In this document: positions 19,443 to 30,540 of the stretch, piece by piece | Numbering within the stretch: position 1 is the stretch's first letter | How the letters are laid out: every line of letters begins with the position of its first letter | Assembly: GCA_035271785.1 (NCBI GenBank) | Contig: DATERH010000051.1 | Span: forward strand, 1 to 53,441 | Reading direction: 5' to 3' | Source of the DNA: Buttiauxella sp. | GTDB taxonomy: Bacteria; Pseudomonadota; Gammaproteobacteria; Enterobacterales; Enterobacteriaceae | DNA length: 53,441 bases | Program-made: the position numbers and the translations under genes | Notes under the pieces: model-generated | What the model saw: the letters and a program-made list of their open reading frames with translations, nothing else | The model's database searches: none | What the model was told of the DNA's origin: nothing

Positions 19443-19922
19443 TCAGAAAATACGATCACTCCATAAACTGTATGCACTGGTTCCCGCTGTACAGTGCTCC
19501 CAATTAATTGACTCATAGCTTAAATCAATAGTTTCTTCAGGCTGCCCTTCACTGTCATCAACAGTATGGGGAACCTGAAGATGAATGCTGGTAATTCTGG
19601 CATTAATTAATTTCACCTTGTAATAGCATTCATTCATACCCATACGATTGGTACGATAGAAACTGAAATCACAAGTTAGGCACTCATTTTCAGTGATGGC
19701 TTTCCCCAATAAAGGGGACGATTTATCTACAGGTTTAATCATCCTCAGCGCCTGGTGGTTAACATTCTGCTGCCGTGTCAAACTGTGAGAGAGTCCCATT
19801 ACCATTATTTGATCATAATGAACCAGTTGGGCTTTATTGCCGATAGAATCCAGAGAGGAACATCCCGCTGAAATTAGCCCCTGTAATTCTCCGTTAAGAG
19901 TCATATATATAAGATTAGCCAT
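19443..19922 (-). CDS. hcp: Second Hcp/TssD tube protein (YhhZ-like Hcp clade)
   Basis: YMTLNG..QGLISAGCSS.DSIGN, KPVDKSSPLL, FYRTN, E.IDLSYESI.WEH..AGTS. Confidence 0.9.
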   Translation of the reverse strand: MANLIYMTLNGELQGLISAGCSSLDSIGNKAQLVHYDQIMVMGLSHSLTRQQNVNHQALRMIKPVDKSSPLLGKAITENECLTCDFSFYRTNRMGMNECYYKVKLINARITSIHLQVPHTVDDSEGQPEETIDLSYESINWEHCTAGTSAYSLWSDRIF

Positions 19923-19997
19923 AATTACTCCGCACTATTAGTTTAAATATTGTGTGATGCCTCCATCAGATAAATAACCTGATGAAGGCAGTCCTTC

Positions 19998-22900
19998 TTA
20001 ATACAGCGTATCGGTAAGCTGGAACTGGCTGAACAACCCGCCAACAAACGGGTTATCTTCTGTATCGGTATGGACCCTATACACCATTGAGCCACCATCC
20101 ACATTAAAGCGCACGCTGAAGGTGCCATCCTGTATGCTGGTTAATTGGCCGGCACCAAATAACCGGAACTGCGCCCACGGCCCATTAAAGCTAATACTCC
20201 GTGGCGCATTCCCTCCGGCACCGACAATCGTCAGCTTGCTCTCGTTGCCTTCGCGCATATTGTTCGGCCATACCAGATGGGTGGTGTAATTACGCCCCTG
20301 GCTGTAATCAACTAGCTGTCCATCCAGGTTCAATACGCTGCGCCGTTTGTTACCCGAAAGCTGTACCGGCTCCACAGCAAACTGCGTCCCTAAACCATTT
20401 TGTCTGCTGAAAAAGATGTCACGGATTTTTTGCGCGGTATCGAGTTGCTGGCGAATATCTTCGCGAATAATCACGTTGTTATCGCCATCCGCCAGACTCA
20501 GATCATTTTCCATAAACAGCTTCAGGTTCTGCTGATAAAAACTGTCCATAATTCCGTCTGGTTTAAAGAAGCGTTCAAACGCATCCAGTGATGCATCCTG
20601 TGATGAACGCGGGTTAAACGGGTAGTTGTTCGCAAGCTGCTCATTGAACGGTTTCACAACGTTTTCGCGCCAGTCCACTTCCATATAGTGAACGGCTTCT
20701 ACCATCACCACATGCCAGGCCTGATCAGCCAACTTGCCTACCCAACGGTTGAGCGGTGCTGGTAAAGTTTTCGCCATTTGCCGGGTCGTGAAAATTGGGT
20801 CGCTGCTGTTTTGATCCAGCCGTAACTGCACAGCTTTCAGCGCTGATTTACCTGGCACCGGCGCGTTCTGAATCGCCTGCAGGTAACGATGCAGTTCCGT
20901 CAGTTGTTGGTAAACAGCCTGCAGAGTGCTTTCTTTGTCTTTCTGTACCGCGAGTGTGCTGTTCTCCGTGGCAAACTCATGTCCCAGACGCGTCAACAAC
21001 AGGTAATCCGACTCTGCCAAAGCTTCTTCGCGTGCCTTGTCATCCAGTTTTTCGGAAAGAACAGCCGGTTGCGTATTATCCCGCAATGCGGTCAGCGCCC
21101 TCTGGAGTGGCTGGTCACCACTGATGATTTGTTCCAGTGATCCAGCCAGTTCCGTGATCGACTCATAGTTATGCACGTTCAGGTTATCCATTCCTGCACG
21201 CCAGGTGGCGGTGTAATCGCTGAAATACTGCTCGGTGAGTTGACGCTGGATTTCAGCCCGGTCAGCGTCGCTGTATTTCACACTACGAGTCAGATTCAGT
21301 ACCCAAGAGTCCATCGCTGTCAGTTCCACCAGCGCGTCACGCTGCTGCACAAAGTAACTTTGAAGGCCGTAACGGGTCAGAAACTGCGGGACAATTAGTT
21401 TGCTGTCATCTGCGGAGGTAAACACCAGGTCAAAGGTCGGGCCAACCTGGTCGCGCAGATTCAAATCAGCAGGTAACACACCCAACGCCCGCGTTTTCAG
21501 GCTCTGGTAAACACGCTGATAAACCGGCAGTTTGCTGAGTTCTTTCTGTGCAGTAGCGACTGAATTTTCATACGGTGTCCAGCGATTGATGGCGTCAATA
21601 TCGCCTGACATACGCTCTGAGTGCCAGTCTGTATGCTTAAGGCTGTAATCGAGATGCGCCATCAGTTGCGCTTGTATATCGCGCTGGCCATGGAACTGAT
21701 CGCTCCAGCTTTTTGCCATATACTGCTTCACCACTGTCGCATTGCGCCCGCTTTTGTCCTCCAACATCCTTATCACACGTAACACAGCAAGTTTTTCTTC
21801 ACTGCCTGCAGGAGCTGAAGCAAGATCCTTCATCAGCCCATTGAGCAAAGACGGGAGATAGCGCTGATCCAGCAATTGTAGATAGGTCTGTTCCACATAT
21901 GGGCCAATGCGCCGCCCCTGATATAACCCCAATTCGGCCACGCGGCTACGCTCGCCCCAGTCACCATAGGCCAGCGTGGCATCACGTACCGGATTAAGCA
22001 GAGGCAATTGCAGATTGCCGTAGTCATCTGTTCCCTGCGGCGGCGGTACGGCCATAAAGGCCCTCGCCTGTTCCAGTACCCTAATCCCTGCACGCCAGTT
22101 TGTGCTGTAGTAATGCTGCCAACCGCAGATAACCAGAATGGCCAAAACTGCGCCGCATGCCGAAAATGCCATCATCTGGCGGCGGGCATTACCCAGCCAG
22201 ACGGAGTTTTCCCCAGACAGGTTAGGCTCTGCCAGCAATGCTTGTGGAAACAGATTTCGGGTGAAATACGGCACAGTATCCACCATTGGCCAGGCCACCA
22301 GCGGGCTGCTACCCAGCCGATATTGACGGGCAGCGGACTGCATAAAGATGTCATCAACCTGACCGCGTTGCAGCGAGGAAGTGAGGTACACCCCGCGCAG
22401 CATCACATCCATGTTTTCACCGTCCAGCAAGGCGTCAATTAGGGCGATTAAGGACTCAAGGCTGCCCTGCATTTGGCGGGTAAAGCTGAACAGGGAACTG
22501 CGATTGTGGCTCTGTGCCAGCATCAGGTCCGGCAAAGCATGGTTGAGCTGTTCTACCCATTTTTGCCAGAATGTATTCAGTTCCGTGCGCCAGTCTTCAT
22601 TCTTATGGGCATGGAGGGTGAAGGTGACGCCGAGAATAGTGTCACGATCTTTTTTGTCCAGAGACTGAAATAGAGCAGCAAAACCCTGTAGTAAATCCAG
22701 CCGGGTTAGCACCACATAGACCGGTAACTGGCAGTGAAGATGCTGGCGTACATCCTGCAGACGGCTGCGCAGCATCTGCAACAGGTTCTCACGGCGGCGT
22801 TTGTCGGCAGTGAGCAGATCGGGAAAGTCCAGTGTCAGGATCAGGCCATTCAGCGGCTGACGCGCGCGTTTTTCGACTAACCAACCCAGCATGTGCTCCC

Positions 22901-23522
22901 AGCGCCGACGGTGCAATACCTCTCCTTCTGGCTGATCGCAGAGCGCACCATCAATGTCAAAAATCACCGCCTGCTTCCCGACATGCGGTGTTATACGCAG
23001 ATGTTGCTCTGCTCCCCGAACAGCTTCCGGAGTATAAATAATGTCGGACGGAAAACCTTCGCGTAGCAGCGCTGTTTTACCACTTCCTGTTGGACCTATA
23101 ACCATGTACCACGGCAACTGCCATAGGTAACGACGGCTGTCGAGATGACGTTGCAGACGCAGCAACCAGCGATCAAGATAACGCTGCTGGGCATTGAGCT
23201 CCGCGCTGAGCGGATCCTGCGTCTCCTCACGCTGCTGACGCTGCTGTTTTTCAAGTTGCTGCAGTCGTTTCATCACTCGGATAGTCAGCCACGCCAGCGC
23301 GATCAACCCCCAGGCAGCAGTGGCCAGCCAGCGGTTTGCCAAAGGCTGTAGCCAATGCTCGTCATACAGCTTCCACGCGGGGCCCTTCCACCAGATCCAT
23401 ACCAGAAGAAAGATCCACGCCAGCGCCAGCAGCCAGGCAGCGGAAACCTTTAACCGCGGCATCGCAGGCCTGAGCATGGTCTTAAGCCCACTAAACAGTC
23501 GGGGGGTCGGTAATCTGAACAC
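19998..23522 (-). CDS. tssM: T6SS membrane complex TssM (IcmF)
   Basis: N-terminal TMs, LPWYMVIGPTGSGKT Walker A, QPLNG, LRGVYLTSS, YPF, GPWA.FRL. Confidence 0.96.
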   Translation of the reverse strand: MFRLPTPRLFSGLKTMLRPAMPRLKVSAAWLLALAWIFLLVWIWWKGPAWKLYDEHWLQPLANRWLATAAWGLIALAWLTIRVMKRLQQLEKQQRQQREETQDPLSAELNAQQRYLDRWLLRLQRHLDSRRYLWQLPWYMVIGPTGSGKTALLREGFPSDIIYTPEAVRGAEQHLRITPHVGKQAVIFDIDGALCDQPEGEVLHRRRWEHMLGWLVEKRARQPLNGLILTLDFPDLLTADKRRRENLLQMLRSRLQDVRQHLHCQLPVYVVLTRLDLLQGFAALFQSLDKKDRDTILGVTFTLHAHKNEDWRTELNTFWQKWVEQLNHALPDLMLAQSHNRSSLFSFTRQMQGSLESLIALIDALLDGENMDVMLRGVYLTSSLQRGQVDDIFMQSAARQYRLGSSPLVAWPMVDTVPYFTRNLFPQALLAEPNLSGENSVWLGNARRQMMAFSACGAVLAILVICGWQHYYSTNWRAGIRVLEQARAFMAVPPPQGTDDYGNLQLPLLNPVRDATLAYGDWGERSRVAELGLYQGRRIGPYVEQTYLQLLDQRYLPSLLNGLMKDLASAPAGSEEKLAVLRVIRMLEDKSGRNATVVKQYMAKSWSDQFHGQRDIQAQLMAHLDYSLKHTDWHSERMSGDIDAINRWTPYENSVATAQKELSKLPVYQRVYQSLKTRALGVLPADLNLRDQVGPTFDLVFTSADDSKLIVPQFLTRYGLQSYFVQQRDALVELTAMDSWVLNLTRSVKYSDADRAEIQRQLTEQYFSDYTATWRAGMDNLNVHNYESITELAGSLEQIISGDQPLQRALTALRDNTQPAVLSEKLDDKAREEALAESDYLLLTRLGHEFATENSTLAVQKDKESTLQAVYQQLTELHRYLQAIQNAPVPGKSALKAVQLRLDQNSSDPIFTTRQMAKTLPAPLNRWVGKLADQAWHVVMVEAVHYMEVDWRENVVKPFNEQLANNYPFNPRSSQDASLDAFERFFKPDGIMDSFYQQNLKLFMENDLSLADGDNNVIIREDIRQQLDTAQKIRDIFFSRQNGLGTQFAVEPVQLSGNKRRSVLNLDGQLVDYSQGRNYTTHLVWPNNMREGNESKLTIVGAGGNAPRSISFNGPWAQFRLFGAGQLTSIQDGTFSVRFNVDGGSMVYRVHTDTEDNPFVGGLFSQFQLTDTLY

Positions 23523-23540
23523 AAAAGCTCCTGTAATTTC

Positions 23541-24938
23541 TTATTGTTCTGCCGTGAATTTGTTTTTCAGTGCTTCCAGCAAGGACGGCTCCCAGTCGGC
23601 CAGCATCATCTGCAACCCTGCCTGGAGCATCATCTGGTACTGCTGCTGCGCAAGCTGTGCCATCCCAGCTTCTTCCATTAGTTGTGCACCAAGATACTGC
23701 CGGTGAAACTGGTCACGGGGCTCACCTGCGGGCAGTTGCTCCAGATATCGCAGCGCAGCTTCCAACCCGTGATCGCTAAAACACTGGCGAACAGCGAGCG
23801 TGTCTTCATCGGTCTGTACAGCGGGTGCAGCCTGCTTGCTCTGGGCTGCCGCAGCCAGCCACTGTTTCGTGGGTTCAGCCATAAACGGTGTGTAGTCGTT
23901 AAACAGTAAGCCAGCAAGCTGCGGTAAACGGGTGAGAAAACAGATGACTTCATCGCGGATAGCCTCCGCCACACATCTGTAGCCAAGACGTTGCGCGACC
24001 TGCGACGAAAGGTGATGGCCGTCAAGCCAGTACGGCGCGAGCAGCAGACTTTTTTCTATCTGCTGCCACAGCGCCATATCCGCATTGTTCAGGCGGGACT
24101 GGTACTCTGCCGCCATATCGGCAGAAATCGCTGCCAGCGGTGTGCGCCCGTCGCTTTCGGTCTGCGGTGTGCTGGTAATGGATTGCCATAATGCATGGCG
24201 GCGGAGACGATAACCCTGTGGTGTATCCGGTTGGCGTTCACAGAGGATGGCTGCAACTTTCAGTAACGTGTCGCGCCAGGTTTTATCGTCATGGCTGTCG
24301 ATATTTACCACTGCCGCAGGCGTTATTGATACAGCCGAAGCAGCGGCCTGCACTGTCGTAGCGGTGGACAGCGCAGATACCGGCGGGGAGGCTGGCGAAC
24401 AGTCCCGAAATGCTCGCTGGTAGAGGGCAAAGAGATCATCTGCAGACTGTGCCAGTTCCGGCGCGTTATGTTCCTGCCAACGCAGCGCAAGTTTCGCCAA
24501 CTCCCCCAGCAGCAAGTCGCGCTGTGCGGCATCAGTTTGCCGTGCAAAAGCATCAGCATTTGACTCAAAACGCTTTATCACCTGTCCGGCAAAACGTTTT
24601 TTATGCGCCATATTTTGTGGTGCAGCGACCAACCAGTAATGTTCCACATACAGATCCAACAGGCGCAGCGCCAGTAACGGGTTACCAGCATGTTGCAAGG
24701 TACGCAAAAGATGCGCTAACAGACGGAAATCTTTGCTCTCTGAGGCCAGAAGAACAAGCCCGCGGCGCTGTATTTCCGGAATATCTAACTGACCATGCGC
24801 CAGCGAACCGAGCTTGACGATGTCGCCGTCAATATACTCCCAGTCAGGATTGTCATCTTTCAGAGAGGCGGTCGCTTTCTCTTCCGGCAGATTTTCCAGC
24901 AGGTGTGCAAACCACACATCGGGATTATGTAAGTCCAT
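23541..24938 (-). CDS. tssA: T6SS TssA (VasJ/ImpA-N)
   Basis: SKDFRL ImpA motif, YRLRR..LW, PYWLDG, WEP C-terminal motif. Confidence 0.92.
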   Translation of the reverse strand: MDLHNPDVWFAHLLENLPEEKATASLKDDNPDWEYIDGDIVKLGSLAHGQLDIPEIQRRGLVLLASESKDFRLLAHLLRTLQHAGNPLLALRLLDLYVEHYWLVAAPQNMAHKKRFAGQVIKRFESNADAFARQTDAAQRDLLLGELAKLALRWQEHNAPELAQSADDLFALYQRAFRDCSPASPPVSALSTATTVQAAASAVSITPAAVVNIDSHDDKTWRDTLLKVAAILCERQPDTPQGYRLRRHALWQSITSTPQTESDGRTPLAAISADMAAEYQSRLNNADMALWQQIEKSLLLAPYWLDGHHLSSQVAQRLGYRCVAEAIRDEVICFLTRLPQLAGLLFNDYTPFMAEPTKQWLAAAAQSKQAAPAVQTDEDTLAVRQCFSDHGLEAALRYLEQLPAGEPRDQFHRQYLGAQLMEEAGMAQLAQQQYQMMLQAGLQMMLADWEPSLLEALKNKFTAEQ

Positions 24939-24941
24939 TTT

Positions 24942-25640
24942 TTATTCCCCCGCCCAGTGACAGGCTTCCTGTAACGGCTTAATAACCTGCGCTAGTCCGT
25001 CGATATTAAAGGTCAATTTCCCAGCGGCGCTGTCCGTGCCAGTGTTAATAGTCAGTGTTTTTGCGCCAAGGATCTGTCTGATTTCATCAATACCAGACAA
25101 CCCCCGGCTGGCCTCCAGCAGCGTGCCATTCTCACGTACAAACCAATGGCTACTGAAAGTCCTGGTATCCGCATTGAGTTGGACGGTAAGGTCGTGCGTG
25201 TTCAGTGGCTGCATTAGCGCTACCTGCATCCGGGTGATGTTGTCCACACAGCTGAACATTAGCACCGGGCGCGGCGGTAAGCTGCCAATCGCCGGGGTAG
25301 TGATAATGACCGTAGGGCGATCACCGGGTACCTGTGTGATCAGCAATTCAGTGGTATTACCGGTACGCTGCTTCTCCTGCTCAATGGCCCGCGTCCACGC
25401 CTCCCCAACATAACTGGCCTTTACCAGCGCACCAGTGAAAACCTGTGATTGCGTCGGGGTGAGTATTTGGTCATAGCAATCGAGACGTTCCAGTGGAGCA
25501 GGTTCCCGACGGCAAGACTGCATAGCCTGCAAAGAGGACGGTGCATCCTGAACTTGCGACGCAGCAACGAGGGGCTCTCCGGCATTTACCGGAGAGATTG
25601 TCAGCAACGCCATCAATGACCAGCAGGGAGCTATTCGCAT
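24942..25640 (-). CDS. vasI: T6SS-associated VasI/TagO protein
   Basis: Signal peptide, CR....LERLDCYD, SCVDNITR, SRGLSGIDEI, ACHW. Confidence 0.88.
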   Translation of the reverse strand: MRIAPCWSLMALLTISPVNAGEPLVAASQVQDAPSSLQAMQSCRREPAPLERLDCYDQILTPTQSQVFTGALVKASYVGEAWTRAIEQEKQRTGNTTELLITQVPGDRPTVIITTPAIGSLPPRPVLMFSCVDNITRMQVALMQPLNTHDLTVQLNADTRTFSSHWFVRENGTLLEASRGLSGIDEIRQILGAKTLTINTGTDSAAGKLTFNIDGLAQVIKPLQEACHWAGE

Positions 25641-28363
25641 AAAACGTCGTCTTCACCGGCAACCGTTGCCTCATCCGCTACATCTGTAACGTCTGCTGTA
25701 AACACGCCGTTCGCCGCACTCAGGCAAATCCGGGCAATCGCCGTGTTTGCCGCCATTTTCTGTAACAGCAGCAGAGAAAGCGCCGGTAGCATCTCGCCGT
25801 CAATCACCGATTCCAGCATACGTGCGCCGTTTTCCGCACGTGTGACACGTTGCATGATTTCATCCGTCACCTGCGATTCAATCACCACTTCCGCACTGAA
25901 ACGGGTGCGCAGCACGTTGTCCAGACGGGCCAATTTCCCGGCGATAATCACCGACAGCGTCTCGCGTGACAGCGGTAAATAAGGCACCACTTCCATACGC
26001 GCCAGCAGCGCGGGTTTGAAGAAGTCCGCCAGTACCGGGTACAGCGCTTCCTGCATCGCTTCAGGATTATCGGCGTGTTCAACAATCACCTGGTAGCCGA
26101 GGTTGGACGTCAGGAAAAATACAATGTTTTTGCAGTCAATCAGACGACCTTCACCATCGGCCATCTCACCTTTATCAAAGGCCTGGTAGAACAGGTTGAG
26201 CACGTCCGGATGAGCTTTTTCCACTTCATCCAGTAGCACCACCGAATACGGTTTCTGGCGGATAGCTTCGGTCAGCACCCCACCTTCGCCGTAGCCAACG
26301 TAACCTGGAGGTGAACCAATCAGTCGCGAGACGGTGTGTTTTTCCTGGAACTCAGACATATTAATCGTAGTGAGATACTGGCGACCGCCGTAGAGCAGCT
26401 CTGCCAGTTGCAGTACGGTTTCAGTTTTACCTACACCACTGGGGCCAGCCAGCAAGAATGCGCCGAGCGGACGCCCTGGACGGCGCAAATCGGCTCGCGC
26501 AGTCAGCAGGTGTTTGTGTAGATGCTTGATTGCCAGTTCTTGACCTTTGATGGTGTCGCCGAGCCACTGTGGTAAGTCAGTTATGACCGACATTTCGTTT
26601 TGCGAGAGGCGGTTAAGCGGGACACCCGTCCATTCGGCAATCACGGCAGCAATTTGTTTTTTATCAACGTGCGGTGAGACCAACAACTGAGTGTGATGCA
26701 AGGCATCGAGTTCGGCGGTCAGTTCCGCCAGGCGCGTGACGGGGCAAATCCTTGGTTCGGTTTCTGGCTGTTCCGTCACAGATTCATCTGCTGGGACGAT
26801 ATCCACACTGACGGCTACTGCTTCCGGCCCCTCACTGTTGGCATCTTCTGCTTCTTCCAGCAACCCTTTACGCAGCGCGATAATCTCCTGCACCAGCGTC
26901 TGCTGCTGGCGCCAGGCTTCTTCCAGTGTCAGTAATTCTCTACGGGCTGTTTCATACTGCACCTGAACCTCATCCCGTCGTGACGTATCAGAGCGCAGGC
27001 CAATTCGGATTTCTCGTTCAAGCTGGCGGATTTCCGCTTCACACTGGTGGCTCAAAGTCGTCAATGCTGAGATTTGTTTTGGCGGTGACGAAAGGTTAAT
27101 CGCCACACGGGCGCAGGCAGTATCCAGCACATCGATGGCTTTGTCCGGCAACTGGCGACCAGAAAGATAGCGCTCGCTTAAGGTTGCTGCAGCCTGCAAC
27201 GCCTCATCATCTATCAGCACGCTGTGCGATTGTTCATACACTGCCGATAGGCCGCGCAGAATGATAGTGGCTTCAGCAGCATTCGGCTCGCTGACCTTCA
27301 CCAGTTGAAAACGACGCGATAGCGCAGCGTCTTTCTCAAAGTATTTTTTGTACTCGCTCCAGGTGGTGGCTGCGATGGTTTTCAGCTCACCGCGCGCCAG
27401 TGCGGGTTTAAGCAGATTAGAGATATCCAGCCCACCCTGCTGATTGCCTGCACCAATCAGCGTGTGCGCCTCATCAATAAACAGAATAATTGGTTTCGGT
27501 GACTGGATAACTTCCGCCATCAGTCCTTTAAAACGTTTTTCAAACTCCCCTTTGACTGACGCCCCTGCCTGAAGCGCACCTAAATCCAGGGTCATGATCT
27601 CGGTATCGCGTAGTTTATCCGGTACTCGGCCTGCGACTACGCGCAGGGCTAGTCCTTCAATTAGTGCACTTTTACCAACACCAGCTTCCCCCACTACCAC
27701 CGGGTTGTTCTTACGGCGACGGCAGAGAATATCAATCATCAGGTCGATTTCGTTATCGCGACACAAAACCGGATCAAGTCGTCCCTGACGGGCATCTTCG
27801 GTCATGTTCTTCGCGTAGCGAGCAAGAAGGCTATCGCCAGTATCTGCTGCTGTATTGACGGTATGTCCCTCTGCGCCCAACAACACTGTTTCCGCTGATT
27901 CCTGCGTCCACTGCGCAAAATCCTGTTGCAGACGGTCGCGGTTAATACCGGTTAGCAGCCGGGCTGCTGCGGGAGGTAAATAACGCAACGGCGAATGTAA
28001 TAGGGCCAGCAGCAGCATGCCGCCACGCAATTCGCTCTGCTGCATTTGCACAGACGCCAGTAACCAGGCCTCTTTCAGCCATTCAACTAGCATCGGTGAA
28101 AAAGATGGGTAACTGTCTGTCGAACGGGGGCTGGCATAATTTTCCACTGTCAGCGCCTGGCGTAAATCATCCAACCTAATCTCAACGTGTTCGCAGATCA
28201 CCCGCAGATCGCTACGGGGAATAGCAAGCATCTGTATTAGTATGTGGCTGACAGTAATCTCTGCCGCTTGCTGGCTCATGCATTCCGAAGCAGCCGTCTC
28301 TAACGCCTGCCTGGAAAATAGGTTAAGGCGTTTTACCAACGTTGATAAATCAATCTGGATCAT
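25631..28363 (-). CDS. tssH: T6SS AAA+ ATPase ClpV/TssH
   Basis: GEAGVGKS and GPSGVGKT Walker A motifs; IDEAH and LDEVEKAH Walker B; T6SS context. Confidence 0.97.
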   Translation of the reverse strand: MIQIDLSTLVKRLNLFSRQALETAASECMSQQAAEITVSHILIQMLAIPRSDLRVICEHVEIRLDDLRQALTVENYASPRSTDSYPSFSPMLVEWLKEAWLLASVQMQQSELRGGMLLLALLHSPLRYLPPAAARLLTGINRDRLQQDFAQWTQESAETVLLGAEGHTVNTAADTGDSLLARYAKNMTEDARQGRLDPVLCRDNEIDLMIDILCRRRKNNPVVVGEAGVGKSALIEGLALRVVAGRVPDKLRDTEIMTLDLGALQAGASVKGEFEKRFKGLMAEVIQSPKPIILFIDEAHTLIGAGNQQGGLDISNLLKPALARGELKTIAATTWSEYKKYFEKDAALSRRFQLVKVSEPNAAEATIILRGLSAVYEQSHSVLIDDEALQAAATLSERYLSGRQLPDKAIDVLDTACARVAINLSSPPKQISALTTLSHQCEAEIRQLEREIRIGLRSDTSRRDEVQVQYETARRELLTLEEAWRQQQTLVQEIIALRKGLLEEAEDANSEGPEAVAVSVDIVPADESVTEQPETEPRICPVTRLAELTAELDALHHTQLLVSPHVDKKQIAAVIAEWTGVPLNRLSQNEMSVITDLPQWLGDTIKGQELAIKHLHKHLLTARADLRRPGRPLGAFLLAGPSGVGKTETVLQLAELLYGGRQYLTTINMSEFQEKHTVSRLIGSPPGYVGYGEGGVLTEAIRQKPYSVVLLDEVEKAHPDVLNLFYQAFDKGEMADGEGRLIDCKNIVFFLTSNLGYQVIVEHADNPEAMQEALYPVLADFFKPALLARMEVVPYLPLSRETLSVIIAGKLARLDNVLRTRFSAEVVIESQVTDEIMQRVTRAENGARMLESVIDGEMLPALSLLLLQKMAANTAIARICLSAANGVFTADVTDVADEATVAGEDDVLCE

Positions 28364-28371
28364 AGGTGTCC

Positions 28372-29190
28372 TTACCTGGCGAGCAGCCGGTTTAACTGGT
28401 GGAGAATATCCTGCGTCTGGTTATCCAGGCGCAGCAGATAAAACAGGAAAAACAGAACCAACACAGTAAATCCGCCGAACAGCACATGTTTAATGGTCAG
28501 CCGCTTGATTAACTGATAACGCCCGCCCTGCGTTTTATTATCCTGATGCAGCAGTGGGAACGGTGCATCGCCACGCAGCCCATGCAAAACGTGGTGCAAA
28601 CGGCGGTAAATCTGTTCAAATTCCCCCAGATCCTGTACCGAAACTTTGTAGCGCCCACGAAAACCCAGCGAAAAACACAGATATAAGAACTCCAGTAAAT
28701 CCTGGTAGCGTTTTGGTTCGCGCATTAGTCGCTCCAGCAAAATAAAGACTTTCTCGCCGCCCCACGCTTCATTATGGAAATGCACCAGTAAGGATTGTTT
28801 GATCCACTCATTCTTATTCGACCAGCCATTACCTAATGCCACCTCGTCTATAAAGGTGCAGAGGATGTAGCGAAATGAAACGATAGCGCCAGGTTCGTAA
28901 CCCTGTTCCTGGAGTAACTGCTCGATTGCCTGCACATCCGTCACCACCTGAGGAAACAGATATTCCGGCATGGCATGGCTGTTCATCCCCGTCACACGCA
29001 TGACCATGCCCAGCATCGGCGTGGCAGCATCAATCATTGGGTTGAGGCTGTTACCACGCAGCGCGAGGCGGTAATGGCGTAGTGATATTTCCTCTCCACT
29101 TTCAGGTGGAACCATGCTGTTTTGCCCAAAGGAATCCACAGTGAGGAGAGAGTCATGTTTGTCAGACAGAAGAATGGACTGTTCGCTCAT
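28372..29190 (-). CDS. tssL: T6SS TssL (DotU)
   Basis: RYILCTFIDE, SLL..FHNEAWGGEKVF, LGFRGRY, C-terminal TM, no OmpA domain. Confidence 0.95.
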   Translation of the reverse strand: MSEQSILLSDKHDSLLTVDSFGQNSMVPPESGEEISLRHYRLALRGNSLNPMIDAATPMLGMVMRVTGMNSHAMPEYLFPQVVTDVQAIEQLLQEQGYEPGAIVSFRYILCTFIDEVALGNGWSNKNEWIKQSLLVHFHNEAWGGEKVFILLERLMREPKRYQDLLEFLYLCFSLGFRGRYKVSVQDLGEFEQIYRRLHHVLHGLRGDAPFPLLHQDNKTQGGRYQLIKRLTIKHVLFGGFTVLVLFFLFYLLRLDNQTQDILHQLNRLLAR

Positions 29191-29194
29191 AGAC

Positions 29195-30538
29195 TTAGCC
29201 TCTTATCGCCCACAGCTGCAAATCCAGCTCTGGGAAATTGCCGGAAATATGTAGTGCCAGCGCACCGGCTTTCACCACGTCCTGCCAGGCCGAAGAACCT
29301 TTTTCCAGTTCGAAGTAGACATATCCGTCGTGATATGGAAGCTGGCGCGGAGCTGCAGTTAGTGTACGCAGCGGCACGCCCGGCACCTGTACACTGACCA
29401 CATTGCGAATCTTGTCGGTAGCGGCGATTTTTGACTGCTGAGTAAACTGGAGAATAATCTGGTTACTCGGCATACGTGCACGGACCGCCAGTACAAAGGA
29501 GCCGGACTGCAGCAGTGCCGGATCGTTAACAGTAGCGAGATAGACACCATCCGTGAAGCTCAACGGCAGGTTCTGCGCACGTGGCATCAGCACAGTATTG
29601 AGCGCACGTCGCAGTTCCGGTATCACCGTCTTAAACGACATGGTGAGGTCACGATGAATGTAAACCTCCACACTACAGGGTTGACGGCTATTTTCAGTAA
29701 ACGTCATCAATTCACCCAGCAGCCGGACCAGATCCAGATAAAAAGTTTCGGGGTGCAAAGTATGTAGGTGTGAACGGTGATTGAAGTGCATCTGACTGCG
29801 ATTGAGCATCTGCAACATCATAAATTCTGCGACATCAGCAATACCGCTTTGCTCCGGTGAGCCGATACGTTTTGCCAATTCACTGGCGCGATTGCTGATA
29901 AGACCCTGCACATCACCGGCAAATCCACGCAGCACCGTGCTGACCCGAATGGCCTGACAGGTGGGAATAAAACTCTCGTCCAACACCAGCGCACCATTGG
30001 GTTGCTGGCTTCGGATACGGCATAACGGCAATGTCACCATGCCACTGAGATCGTCCGCGCCGCTGACAATTTTTGGTACTAGTTTTCCCAGTTCGATCTG
30101 CTGTACGTCGCCGCCGTCGGAATGCAAATCACGGACATCGGTGCGGGTTAAGCTGTATCGCTCCGTTCCATTCCCGGCACTCTGATGCCCCTTAATTTCG
30201 CAGATAATATCGCTGACCACCGGTATCGCCAGGTAAATATCATGGCTTCCCGGAGCGGACAAATCGATGGGTTGAAAAGGAATGGGAAGATGATCCTGCT
30301 CAGGAATACTGAACACTGTGCCATCCGGCATACAGCCGGTCGCACTGGAAAGCATAATTTTCCCCTGCGCGAGGAGTTCGATATTGAGTGACAGATCAGT
30401 GAACCCCCAGGTGAAATCATCCCGGGCATTGATACGCTGGTTCAGCAGATATTCGTGGTTGCGCTGCTGTTGTTGAAAATGCTGAGGCACGGCGAACAAA
30501 CCTTCCTGCCAGATCACTTTATTTTTCATGGTCGCCAT
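29195..30538 (-). CDS. tssK: T6SS baseplate TssK
   Basis: WQEGLF..PQHFQQQ, APRQLPYH, LWAIR. Confidence 0.95.
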   Translation of the reverse strand: MATMKNKVIWQEGLFAVPQHFQQQQRNHEYLLNQRINARDDFTWGFTDLSLNIELLAQGKIMLSSATGCMPDGTVFSIPEQDHLPIPFQPIDLSAPGSHDIYLAIPVVSDIICEIKGHQSAGNGTERYSLTRTDVRDLHSDGGDVQQIELGKLVPKIVSGADDLSGMVTLPLCRIRSQQPNGALVLDESFIPTCQAIRVSTVLRGFAGDVQGLISNRASELAKRIGSPEQSGIADVAEFMMLQMLNRSQMHFNHRSHLHTLHPETFYLDLVRLLGELMTFTENSRQPCSVEVYIHRDLTMSFKTVIPELRRALNTVLMPRAQNLPLSFTDGVYLATVNDPALLQSGSFVLAVRARMPSNQIILQFTQQSKIAATDKIRNVVSVQVPGVPLRTLTAAPRQLPYHDGYVYFELEKGSSAWQDVVKAGALALHISGNFPELDLQLWAIRG

Positions 30539-30540
30539 TA

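Noticed and set aside
19423-19443. Hcp-toxin fusion by stop readthrough
   Set aside because: The 19-nt gap puts the toxin out of frame, and the toxin has its own GGGAGG SD
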